The notes under the pieces: generated by a model
What the model was told of the DNA's origin: nothing
The model's input: only the letters and a program-made list of their open reading frames with translations
Databases searched by the model: none
Shown: positions 16,295 through 24,055 of the stretch, piece by piece
Position numbering within the stretch: the stretch's first letter is position 1
How the letters are laid out: every line of letters begins with the position of its first letter
Program-made: the position numbers and the translations under genes
Origin: Eubacteriales bacterium
GTDB taxonomy: Bacteria > Bacillota > Clostridia > Oscillospirales > CAG-272
Reading direction: 5' to 3'
Assembly: GCA_045594745.1 (NCBI GenBank)
Contig: JAZNZC010000074.1
Coordinates: forward strand, 1-60,964
Length of the DNA stretch: 60,964 nucleotides

Positions 16295-16510
16295 TTAAAT
16301 TTCAGAACAGTCCTTTAGATAGCTACCCATAGGAATATTTTCTTCTTTGCTTTTTGGATAAAATTCAGGAAAACAAAACAAATAGTAGTCGCACTCATCG
16401 CAACAACACTCAAAGCCTTGTTTTCCGTTGCCAAGACAAGTGGTAGGCTCCCCGGGCATGAGTTCTACGCCGGTAATATCGATTACCCTTTTTTGAATAT
16501 TCTTACCCAT
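16295..16510 (-). CDS. small cysteine-rich protein, unknown function
   Basis: 71 aa from MGKNIQKR with AGGGGGA RBS. Cys cluster CLGNGKQGFECCCDECDYYLFCF. The ORF-track start at 16558 lacks an RBS. Confidence 0.65.
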   Translation of the reverse strand: MGKNIQKRVIDITGVELMPGEPTTCLGNGKQGFECCCDECDYYLFCFPEFYPKSKEENIPMGSYLKDCSEI

Positions 16511-16530
16511 ATATCCCCCTATCAGCATAT

Positions 16531-16690
16531 AAAAAAGTGCGCCCCAAAAGGAACGCACCGAAAAAATGCTTCCCCTTCAATTGTTGTCACACGAATTGCT
16601 CCCCCAACGAAGGGATGAGGAAAAGGAGAAAACACTTTTTGCCAAAAGTATTTTCCCTTCGTTGGTTGGAACATATGCAATTCATGTGAC
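16531..16690 (-). promoter_or_regulatory. structured 5' leader with intrinsic terminator (candidate attenuator/riboswitch)
   Basis: Minus strand: 14-bp outer stem (16677-16690 with 16586-16599). 12-bp inner stem (16654-16665 with 16604-16615). Then a 9-bp terminator stem (16537-16545 with 16550-16558) plus U6, just upstream of the RBS. Confidence 0.35.
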
Positions 16691-16696
16691 GGGTAT

Positions 16697-16725
16697 ATTT
16701 TATCACATTTCTGCTGATTTGTCAA
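16697..16725 (-). promoter_or_regulatory. sigmaA-type promoter of the Cys-rich small-protein gene
   Basis: Minus strand: TTGACA (16725-16720), 17 nt, TAAAAT (16702-16697). Confidence 0.55.
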
Positions 16726-16797
16726 TAAAACTTGAAAATTTGACAAAAACATTATTGCTTTGCTATCCTTATTAAGTCAGTGGATGGCAAGAAAAGA

Positions 16798-16826
16798 GGA
16801 CAGAGAGCATTTTGAGTTCTCTGTCC
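16798..16826 (-). terminator. terminator after DUF4838-like paralogue 1
   Basis: GGACAGAGA / TCTCTGTCC 9-bp stem, T-rich tail on the minus strand. Confidence 0.55.
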
Positions 16827-16839
16827 TTTTGTTATTCTT

Positions 16840-18435
16840 TTAATATCTGTAATCAAACCAATGGTCGGGGCTAAGGGAGAGGTCGGTTGCGTCCTCAACC
16901 TCATATTTGCGCTCGAGCCAAAGGATATTGCGGCTCTTGACGTCGTGAACCAGCTTTTTGGAACCCTCAAGGCTCGGGTGGAGCATCAATTTCAGATACT
17001 GCCATTGCAGAGCGGAGCGGCGAACGTTCTCTACGCGGTCCTCGTCGGCAAGCTCCTCGGCTTTTGCCCAAAGCTCGTCAAAGGACTCCTCGTTCTCGGC
17101 GTATTCCTCGCGCGTGATGGCTGTAAAGGGATTTTCGTAAATGTTCATACATCCGTCTTCTGCCAACTTTGTGGTCTTGTCGATGTATTTGCGAATGTAC
17201 TGCCAGCCTGCGCCGTAGTAGGCCTCGAGGAACTCATCCATGTGCGTGTAGTATTCTTCTTCCGACATATAGGGGTCCCACATCAGCTTGGCAAGCAGAT
17301 AAGCGCGGACCTCGCCAAACTCACCCGAAACAGATTGGCTATTGCCCTGCGGGAACATTCCGCGCACGTGGTTATCAACGTAAAAACGCATATTCTCGCG
17401 CAGCGCACCAAAGTTTGCATAGGTGGGAACGTAGAATTTGAAGTTTGTGGTGTAATCCCAAATATAGATGCGGTTGCAGATCTTACCCCATTCCACAAGG
17501 TCACGAACGAGGCTGGGGGTCTTTGTCCAAACGCTCTTGTTGGGGCACTTGGTCAGGGGGTGCATAAAGCAGCAACGAATAGAGCAGAGGCGCACGCAAA
17601 CGTTGGGCAGGGGCTTTGTGATCTTGGGAGCGGCCTGCGTGTAGTTGTAAGCGAGCGTGTCAACCACCACGTGGGGATAATCCTCTGCAATGTCTGCCGC
17701 GATGGCGTTGACAAAGCGAAGCATATTTCCCGAGGGGCTACCTTCTTCTGCGTCGATCGCTTGGCATTTTTCGCACTTGCAGTAGTTGTTATTGTCATTC
17801 TGCGAAACAGAAACGATATCGGTGTCAGGGTTTGCTTCGAGAGCGGCTCTGACGTTCTTGATAGCCTTTCTGAGGTTTTCGGGGTCGCAGAGGCAGGGGT
17901 TCGCACCGCCCCATTCGCCGGTTTCGGTCAGCTTACCAAGGGTGTGCACAAACAAGCCGCCATAGCTCCACTTGCCGCCAAATTTGCCGCTCATATCGGC
18001 ATCGCAGTTGTTAATGCCTTGCTTTGTGCACCATTCGGCGCTTCCCTTTACGGCGTTCCAGTTGATTTGGCGAGACTCGAAAATGGGTGCAAAATCAATG
18101 AGAACGCCCTCATCAAACGTGATGTCGCCTGCGGGGACCTTTTCAAGACCCGGCAGGAAGTAACGAACACCTGCGTATTTCTCGAGGAACTTGTAAACGC
18201 CATAGAGAACGGCGTGCTCTGTGCCGCCCGCGATGGTCATTCCATCGGCGGTTGCGCTGACGCGGAAGCCGTCATTGCGAGAGAGCGTTTTGTCATAGGT
18301 GATGGTGATAGGATAGCCACCATCCTCGATGGCAACGCCTTTCATCTCCAAATATTTTTGCAGCTCTTCTTTTGCATACACCTCGGTTTCGGTGTTGCCT
18401 GTGATGATAGAAACTTTTTTGAGAGTAATGCTCAT
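16840..18435 (-). CDS. DUF4838-like putative glycoside hydrolase, paralogue 1 (no signal peptide)
   Basis: 531 aa with AGGAGG RBS. Family motifs VLYGVYKFLEKYAGVRYF, VSVSQND, CKCEKC, DTLAYNYTQ, WDYTTNF, GEFGE.RAYL and EEEYY.HMDEFLEAYYGAGW. Starts directly with the catalytic-module N-domain. Confidence 0.88.
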   Translation of the reverse strand: MSITLKKVSIITGNTETEVYAKEELQKYLEMKGVAIEDGGYPITITYDKTLSRNDGFRVSATADGMTIAGGTEHAVLYGVYKFLEKYAGVRYFLPGLEKVPAGDITFDEGVLIDFAPIFESRQINWNAVKGSAEWCTKQGINNCDADMSGKFGGKWSYGGLFVHTLGKLTETGEWGGANPCLCDPENLRKAIKNVRAALEANPDTDIVSVSQNDNNNYCKCEKCQAIDAEEGSPSGNMLRFVNAIAADIAEDYPHVVVDTLAYNYTQAAPKITKPLPNVCVRLCSIRCCFMHPLTKCPNKSVWTKTPSLVRDLVEWGKICNRIYIWDYTTNFKFYVPTYANFGALRENMRFYVDNHVRGMFPQGNSQSVSGEFGEVRAYLLAKLMWDPYMSEEEYYTHMDEFLEAYYGAGWQYIRKYIDKTTKLAEDGCMNIYENPFTAITREEYAENEESFDELWAKAEELADEDRVENVRRSALQWQYLKLMLHPSLEGSKKLVHDVKSRNILWLERKYEVEDATDLSLSPDHWFDYRY

Positions 18436-18469
18436 TTGATTGCCTCCTTTTATCGGTAGGGTGTTATAT

Positions 18470-20323
18470 TTAGGGGTTCATGGGATCTTCTCCGTCCTGC
18501 GGTCCGCCACCGGTTTCGCCGCCAACGGGATAGAGATTTGTAAACATTTCATTGAGCGGCTTGTTGTTTTTGTCGCTCTCTGCCCATCTAATATCGTATC
18601 CCTTTACGTCCTCAATAAACTGTTGGCAAGCCTCTGCGTCGGGATGGAGCAACAGTTGAATGTAACGCCATTGCAAACGGGAGCGTTTTACGGCATCCAA
18701 ACGGTCACCCGCAAGCTCCTCGGCTGTATTCCACCAAGCCTCGATATCAGCCTCGTGTGCGAGGTACTCTTCTTTGGTGATGGAGTTCAGGGGTGCTTCG
18801 TAGATGTTGATGCAGCTACCGTCATTGGCAACAAGCTCGGTTGTCAAGTCGATGAATGCGCGAATACCTTCCCAACCTGCACCGTAGTAGGCTTCGAGAA
18901 ACTCATCCATATGCGAGTAGTATTCTTCCTCGCTCATATAGGGGTTCCACATCAGTTTGGCGATCAAATAGGCGCGGAGTTCGCCAAATTCACCGGAAAT
19001 GGATTGAGCGTTGCCTTGCTCAAACATTCCGCGAACGCCGTTTTCGTGGTAAAGTCTCATATTCTCACGAAGGGAGCCGAAGTTGGAAAAGGGTGCGATG
19101 TAATATGCAAAGTTGGTGGTGTAATCCCAAACGTACATGCGATCGCAGATTTCTCCCCACGCAAGCAGATCGGGTAAAAACTCGTGGGTTCTGCTCCACG
19201 CGTAGTTATTGGGGCCCAATGCATCGGGGCACTCAGTCATGGGGTGCATAAAGCAAACGCGAATGGAGCAGATACGGATGCAAACGTTTTCACGCGGAAC
19301 AATACCCTTGGGGGGTGTTTGCGTATAGTTATAAGCCAGCGTTTCAATGACGAGGTCGGGGTAATCTTTTTCTAACTCCTCGGCAATTCTGTTTACAAAT
19401 TCAAGCAGATTGCCTGCGGTGCCACCCTCCTCGTAGTTGTCGGGGTTATGGGTGTACTTGGCATAAGAGGCCAAGCAATCATCACACTTGCAGTATTCAT
19501 TTTTATCGTTTTGGGAAATGGATACGAGATGAGAGTTGGGGCTTTTCGCCAGGACGGCACGCACGTTTTTGAGGACCTTTTGATAGTTTTCCTCGCTGGA
19601 AAGACAAGGGTTGGGGGATGCGGTACCACCTGTCTCGGTCAATTTACCAAGAGTGTGAACGTTTAAGCCGGGGGCGAAGTCGACTTTACCGCCAAACGCG
19701 GGGGTGAGATGGCCGTTGCCGTTCATGCCGTTTTTCACACACCAAGAGAGCGCATCTTTTGTAGCAACACATTGCCAGCTGGTGTGGCGGTATTCAAAAT
19801 AGGGGGCGCGAGCGAGCAGATTGCCGTCACGGAGAACAATATCCCCCTCGGGGATCTTTTCAAGGTCGGGCATAAAGTAGCGCACGCCTGCGTATTTTTC
19901 AAGAAACTGATAAACGCCATAAAGAACGCCGCGGCCGTTGCCGCCGTAAATGGTCATACAGGCTTCCTCTCCGCGAAGTGTCGCATCAACAGAGAAGCTG
20001 TCATCGCCAAGTGTCGGGGCAAGACGAATGATGATGGGGAAGCCGCCATCCTTTACCTCAACGCCTTTTTTTGTCAGGTAAGCGGCGAGCTCTTCGCCTG
20101 CATAGACCTCGTTGTCGCTCTCGCCCGTAATGATGTTGGCGGATTTGAGAACGTTATCCTCTGTGATACCGTTTCCGTCATAGGAAGGCATAACGAACCA
20201 CGGCTCGTCGGGCTTGGTGGTCGTTTCGGGGGTGGTTTCGACGGGCGGTGTTGTATTGCACCCCGTCATAAAACAGGGCAAGAGAAGCGCTGCCACGAGC
20301 AAAAGCGTCAGTGTTTGTTTCAT
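18470..20323 (-). CDS. DUF4838-like putative glycoside hydrolase, paralogue 2 (lipoprotein)
   Basis: 617 aa from MKQTLTLLLVAALLLPCFMTGC (lipobox) with AAGGAG RBS, then a Thr/Pro linker. The ORF-track extension to 20455 lacks an RBS. Confidence 0.88.
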   Translation of the reverse strand: MKQTLTLLLVAALLLPCFMTGCNTTPPVETTPETTTKPDEPWFVMPSYDGNGITEDNVLKSANIITGESDNEVYAGEELAAYLTKKGVEVKDGGFPIIIRLAPTLGDDSFSVDATLRGEEACMTIYGGNGRGVLYGVYQFLEKYAGVRYFMPDLEKIPEGDIVLRDGNLLARAPYFEYRHTSWQCVATKDALSWCVKNGMNGNGHLTPAFGGKVDFAPGLNVHTLGKLTETGGTASPNPCLSSEENYQKVLKNVRAVLAKSPNSHLVSISQNDKNEYCKCDDCLASYAKYTHNPDNYEEGGTAGNLLEFVNRIAEELEKDYPDLVIETLAYNYTQTPPKGIVPRENVCIRICSIRVCFMHPMTECPDALGPNNYAWSRTHEFLPDLLAWGEICDRMYVWDYTTNFAYYIAPFSNFGSLRENMRLYHENGVRGMFEQGNAQSISGEFGELRAYLIAKLMWNPYMSEEEYYSHMDEFLEAYYGAGWEGIRAFIDLTTELVANDGSCINIYEAPLNSITKEEYLAHEADIEAWWNTAEELAGDRLDAVKRSRLQWRYIQLLLHPDAEACQQFIEDVKGYDIRWAESDKNNKPLNEMFTNLYPVGGETGGGPQDGEDPMNP

Positions 20324-20378
20324 AAAGGTTGCTCCTTTCAAAAAAGCAAAAAAAATATAAAACGAAGATGTTAGGTAT

Positions 20379-20406
20379 ATTATATCAAAATATATTATAA
20401 AAGCAA
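20379..20406 (-). promoter_or_regulatory. promoter of the paralogue 2-1 operon
   Basis: Minus strand: TTGCTT (20406-20401), 16 nt, TATAAT (20384-20379). GTAAACAA box lies 13 nt upstream of the -35. Confidence 0.5.
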
Positions 20407-20436
20407 GAGATAGAGAGATTTGTTTACAAAAAAGTA

Positions 20437-20475
20437 AACAACAGGGCAAACACAATTTGTGTTTGCCCTGTTGTT
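20437..20475 (-). terminator. terminator after paralogue 3
   Basis: 19-bp perfect arms AACAACAGGGCAAACACAA / TTGTGTTTGCCCTGTTGTT, followed by a T run on the minus strand. Confidence 0.7.
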
Positions 20476-20490
20476 ATAAAAATTTTTGCT

Positions 20491-22353
20491 TTATTGGTTT
20501 TCTTCGGGTTTTTCTTGAAGGTCAGGATAAAGATCCGTGAAGAACGACATTTGATAAATAGGGATATTGTTGTTTTTACCCTCAGCCCAGCGGATGCCAA
20601 GCTTTTCGACCTCTGCGGCAAAGGCAAGAGCCTCTTCGTCGTTGGGGTGCAAGAGGATCTGAATGCAACGCCATTGCAGACGGGAGCGGTGTACGTACTC
20701 GGCTCTGTCATATGCAACTGCTTCTGCCTTGCTCCACAGATTTTCAAAGAAGTATTCATTTGCAAGATATTCTTCCTTGGAGATGGATTGCAGCGGTTCC
20801 TCGTAAATGTTGATGCAGCTGTTGTCGTTTGCAACAAGCTGCGTGGTCTTGTCGATGAATTGACGGATGTATACCCAGCCTGCACCGTAGTAAGCCTCGA
20901 GAAATTCGTTCATATGTCTGTCGTATTCTTCTTGGGACATATAAGGATTCCACATCAGCTTTGCAAGAAGATAAGCGCGAAGCTCACCAAACTCACCGGA
21001 AATGGATTGGCTGTTGCCCTGCGGGAACATTCCGCGCACGCCGTTTTCGTGATAGAATTTCATATTCTCACGAATTGCGCCGAAGTTGGAGAAGGGAGCA
21101 ATGTAAAAACGGAAGTTGGTGGTGTAGTCCCAAAGGTAAATGCGATCACAGATCTTGCCCCAGTTGAGAAAATCGTTCATAAAGAGCTTGGTTCGGGTCC
21201 ATTGATAGCCGTTGGGCCCCTTGTGCTCGGGGCAAACGGTCATGGGGTGCATAAAGCATACGCGAATGGAGCAAACGCGGATGCAAACATTCTCATGGGG
21301 AACGATGTTCTTGGGAGGCGCTTGTGTGTAGTTGTAAGCAAGGGTATCGATAACGAGATCGGGATACTCGTCCTCTAATTCCTCGGCAATTCTGTTGACA
21401 AACGCAAGGAGTGTACCTGCAGGACCGCCTTGGGTAGGATCGGTTGCAGAGGTGCTGTAATACGCGTCGGACGCCTGACAGTTTTCGCATTTGCAATAGT
21501 CGTTGTTATCGTTTTGAGAGACGGATACAATGTTTACGGTGGGGTCTTCCTCAAGTCTTGCACGTAGGTTCTTGAGAACGGTTTGGTAGACTTCTTCACT
21601 GGTCAGGCAGGGATTGGGGTTGTCGCCGGGAGTTTCGTCGCTGGTGTCTTCGTTCAGCAAACCAAGCGTGTGAACGAACAAGCCACTGCCGTAAACGTTC
21701 TTGCCGCCGTATTTTGCGCTCATTTCGCCGTCGTGGCCGTTAATGCCTTGCTTGAGGCACCAATCGGTCGCTAGTTTTACCGAGTTCCAATTCAAGCGGC
21801 GATCTTCAAAGAAGGGGGTGTATTCCAAAACGACGCCATCCTTGAGGACGATATCGCTTGTGGGAACGGTTTCAAGGTCGGGGGTAAAGTAACGAACACC
21901 GCCAAGCTCCTCAAGGAACTTGTAAACGCCATAGAGCACGCCGCGGCCGTTGCCACCCTTGATGGTCATGCCTGCATTGTCACCCGAAAGGGTTGCGGTG
22001 ATCTTGAACGCGTCGGTTCCAAGTGTTTCATCGATCGAAAGAGCGATGGGGAATGCGCCATCCTTTACTTCGATCTTTTTCAGGCCGAGGTATTTTGCAA
22101 GCTCCTCGCCGGCATAAACCTCGCTCTCGCTCGCACCTGTGGTGATGCTGGCGCGCTTGAGCACGTTCTCGGCAGTGAGATCGGGGCCGTCGTAGGGGGG
22201 ATCAACAACTTCTTCGCCGCCGTTGTTGGGTGTGGTCGTTTCAGGAGTTGTGTTTTCAGGAGTTGTGTTTTCGGGGGGAGTATCGTTACAGCCTATCAAA
22301 AGGCAGGGCAGCAAAAGTGCCGCGATGAGCAGAATGATCAATGATCTTTTCAT
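20491..22353 (-). CDS. DUF4838-like putative glycoside hydrolase, paralogue 3 (lipoprotein)
   Basis: 620 aa. MKRSLIILLIAALLLPCLLIGC lipobox, TPENTTPE linker, AAGGAG RBS, same family motifs. Confidence 0.9.
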   Translation of the reverse strand: MKRSLIILLIAALLLPCLLIGCNDTPPENTTPENTTPETTTPNNGGEEVVDPPYDGPDLTAENVLKRASITTGASESEVYAGEELAKYLGLKKIEVKDGAFPIALSIDETLGTDAFKITATLSGDNAGMTIKGGNGRGVLYGVYKFLEELGGVRYFTPDLETVPTSDIVLKDGVVLEYTPFFEDRRLNWNSVKLATDWCLKQGINGHDGEMSAKYGGKNVYGSGLFVHTLGLLNEDTSDETPGDNPNPCLTSEEVYQTVLKNLRARLEEDPTVNIVSVSQNDNNDYCKCENCQASDAYYSTSATDPTQGGPAGTLLAFVNRIAEELEDEYPDLVIDTLAYNYTQAPPKNIVPHENVCIRVCSIRVCFMHPMTVCPEHKGPNGYQWTRTKLFMNDFLNWGKICDRIYLWDYTTNFRFYIAPFSNFGAIRENMKFYHENGVRGMFPQGNSQSISGEFGELRAYLLAKLMWNPYMSQEEYDRHMNEFLEAYYGAGWVYIRQFIDKTTQLVANDNSCINIYEEPLQSISKEEYLANEYFFENLWSKAEAVAYDRAEYVHRSRLQWRCIQILLHPNDEEALAFAAEVEKLGIRWAEGKNNNIPIYQMSFFTDLYPDLQEKPEENQ

Positions 22354-22386
22354 ATCTTTTCTCCTTAACCGTAAAGATGTGAGAAT

Positions 22387-24027
22387 TTATTTACCGTATT
22401 TCCAATAATAGGGACTGCGTGTCAGGTCAGATTCAGGTTGGACGTTGAATTGCCCCTCTTTCCAAACAACACCGGCAGCCTTTGCGTCGTCGATCAGTTT
22501 TTGGGCTTCCTCGGCATTGGGATGCAGGAAGAGCTTGGTCAGACGCCATTGCATCATGGAGCGCTGTACGCATTCGAGGCGGTCGCCTGCCATCTCTTCG
22601 GCCTTGTTCCACCACTCCTCAAAAAGAGCTTCGTGGTCAAGATATTCTTGTCTTGTAATGGCAGTGAGGGGATGGCCGTAAATGCCTTGTCCGCAAACGG
22701 GAGCACCTTCTGTCTCATCCTTGTTGATATTGAATCCGCCGTTCGCGGCAAGCTCTGTGGTTTTATCAATGAACTTACGAACATATTCCCAGCCTGCGCC
22801 GTAGTAGGCCTCGAGAAATTCGTCCATCAGAGCGTAGTATTCTTCTTCGGTCATATAGGGGTTCCACATCAGCTTGGCGAGTAGGTAAGCACGGAGCTCA
22901 CCAAACTCACCCGAAGCGCCCTGGCTGTTACCCTGCGGGAACATCGAAACGACGTTGTTCTCGGCAAAGAACTTCATATTCTTGTGAATGACGCCAAGGT
23001 TTGCAAAGGTGGAAAGGTAATAGTGGAAGTTCGTGGTGTAATCCCAAATGTGAAGCTTGTCACAAATCTTACCCCAACCAACGATATCGTCGTGGAATTT
23101 CTTGCTGCGCGGACAATCCTGATCATCAAGGGGATGCGTAAAGCAGCAGTTGATAGAGCAAAGACGAATGCAAACATTGTGACGGGGCTTTGTGATCCTC
23201 GGGGGCTTTTGCGTGTACTTGTATGCCAACGTATCAACGGTGAGGTGGGGGTAATCTTTTTCCAAGTCTTCCGCCACAGCGTTGACAAAGCGGAGCAGAG
23301 GTCCTGCGGGAGTGCCTTCTTCCTCTTCGATCTTGCGGCAGTTAGGACAATGGCAGTAACCCTCAAAATCGTTTTGCGAAACAGAAACGATGTTAATATC
23401 GGGGTTTTCGGCAAGAGCCTTGCGGACGTTTTTGATAACGGTGGCAAGCACATCGGGATCTGTCACGCAGGGGTTGGTGCCGTATGCGGGATAGGGATAG
23501 GTGGTCTCAGCAAGAATGTTGATGGTGTGCACAAACAGTCTGCCATAGTTCAGGCGTTGACCGCCAAGCTCCTCGGTGAGCTTTGCATCACAGTTGTTGA
23601 TGCCGTTTTTGACACACCAATCCGCATCGGATTGAACACAGCGCCAAGTCAGGCGGCGAGCCTTCATAGCAGGGGAGTATTCCAACACGATGCCGTGGGG
23701 AATGACGATGTCGCCCTTGGGGCATTTTTCCAACGTGGGTGTAAAGAAACGAACGCCTGCGTATTTTTCGAGGAAGTTGTAAACCCCGTAGAGCACGCCG
23801 ACCTTGTCACCCGTGATGGTCATGCCTTTTTCGGTTGCTTCGATTTTGTAACTGTCTTGATCAAAAGCAGGGTCTACCGCGATCGAGATCGGAAAACCGT
23901 CGTTCGAGAGGGCAACACCTTTCTTTTGCAAATACTTTGAAAGTTCTTCTGCGGCGTGAAGAGCTGTGGGCTCTTTACCTGATGTAATATTTACCGCAGT
24001 CAGTGTCTTTGTCATTTTGGGTTTCAT
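22387..24027 (-). CDS. DUF4838-like putative glycoside hydrolase, paralogue 4 (no signal peptide)
   Basis: 546 aa, starting MKPKMTKTLTAVNITSG with no hydrophobic leader. 33 nt upstream of paralogue 3. Confidence 0.88.
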   Translation of the reverse strand: MKPKMTKTLTAVNITSGKEPTALHAAEELSKYLQKKGVALSNDGFPISIAVDPAFDQDSYKIEATEKGMTITGDKVGVLYGVYNFLEKYAGVRFFTPTLEKCPKGDIVIPHGIVLEYSPAMKARRLTWRCVQSDADWCVKNGINNCDAKLTEELGGQRLNYGRLFVHTINILAETTYPYPAYGTNPCVTDPDVLATVIKNVRKALAENPDINIVSVSQNDFEGYCHCPNCRKIEEEEGTPAGPLLRFVNAVAEDLEKDYPHLTVDTLAYKYTQKPPRITKPRHNVCIRLCSINCCFTHPLDDQDCPRSKKFHDDIVGWGKICDKLHIWDYTTNFHYYLSTFANLGVIHKNMKFFAENNVVSMFPQGNSQGASGEFGELRAYLLAKLMWNPYMTEEEYYALMDEFLEAYYGAGWEYVRKFIDKTTELAANGGFNINKDETEGAPVCGQGIYGHPLTAITRQEYLDHEALFEEWWNKAEEMAGDRLECVQRSMMQWRLTKLFLHPNAEEAQKLIDDAKAAGVVWKEGQFNVQPESDLTRSPYYWKYGK

Positions 24028-24055
24028 ATCTTTTTCCTTTACTGTGTGTAAGGAT

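Noticed and set aside
16861-18459. 532-aa plus-strand ORF opposite DUF4838-like paralogue 1. Similar long antisense ORFs lie opposite paralogues 2-8 (e.g. 24218-25816, 22984-23940, 20494-21378).
   Set aside because: I checked the phase: 16861-16863 coincides with a sense codon, so this is the codon-aligned antisense frame. The apparent conservation between these antisense ORFs simply mirrors conservation of the real paralogues. They have no RBS, signal peptide or domain motifs.
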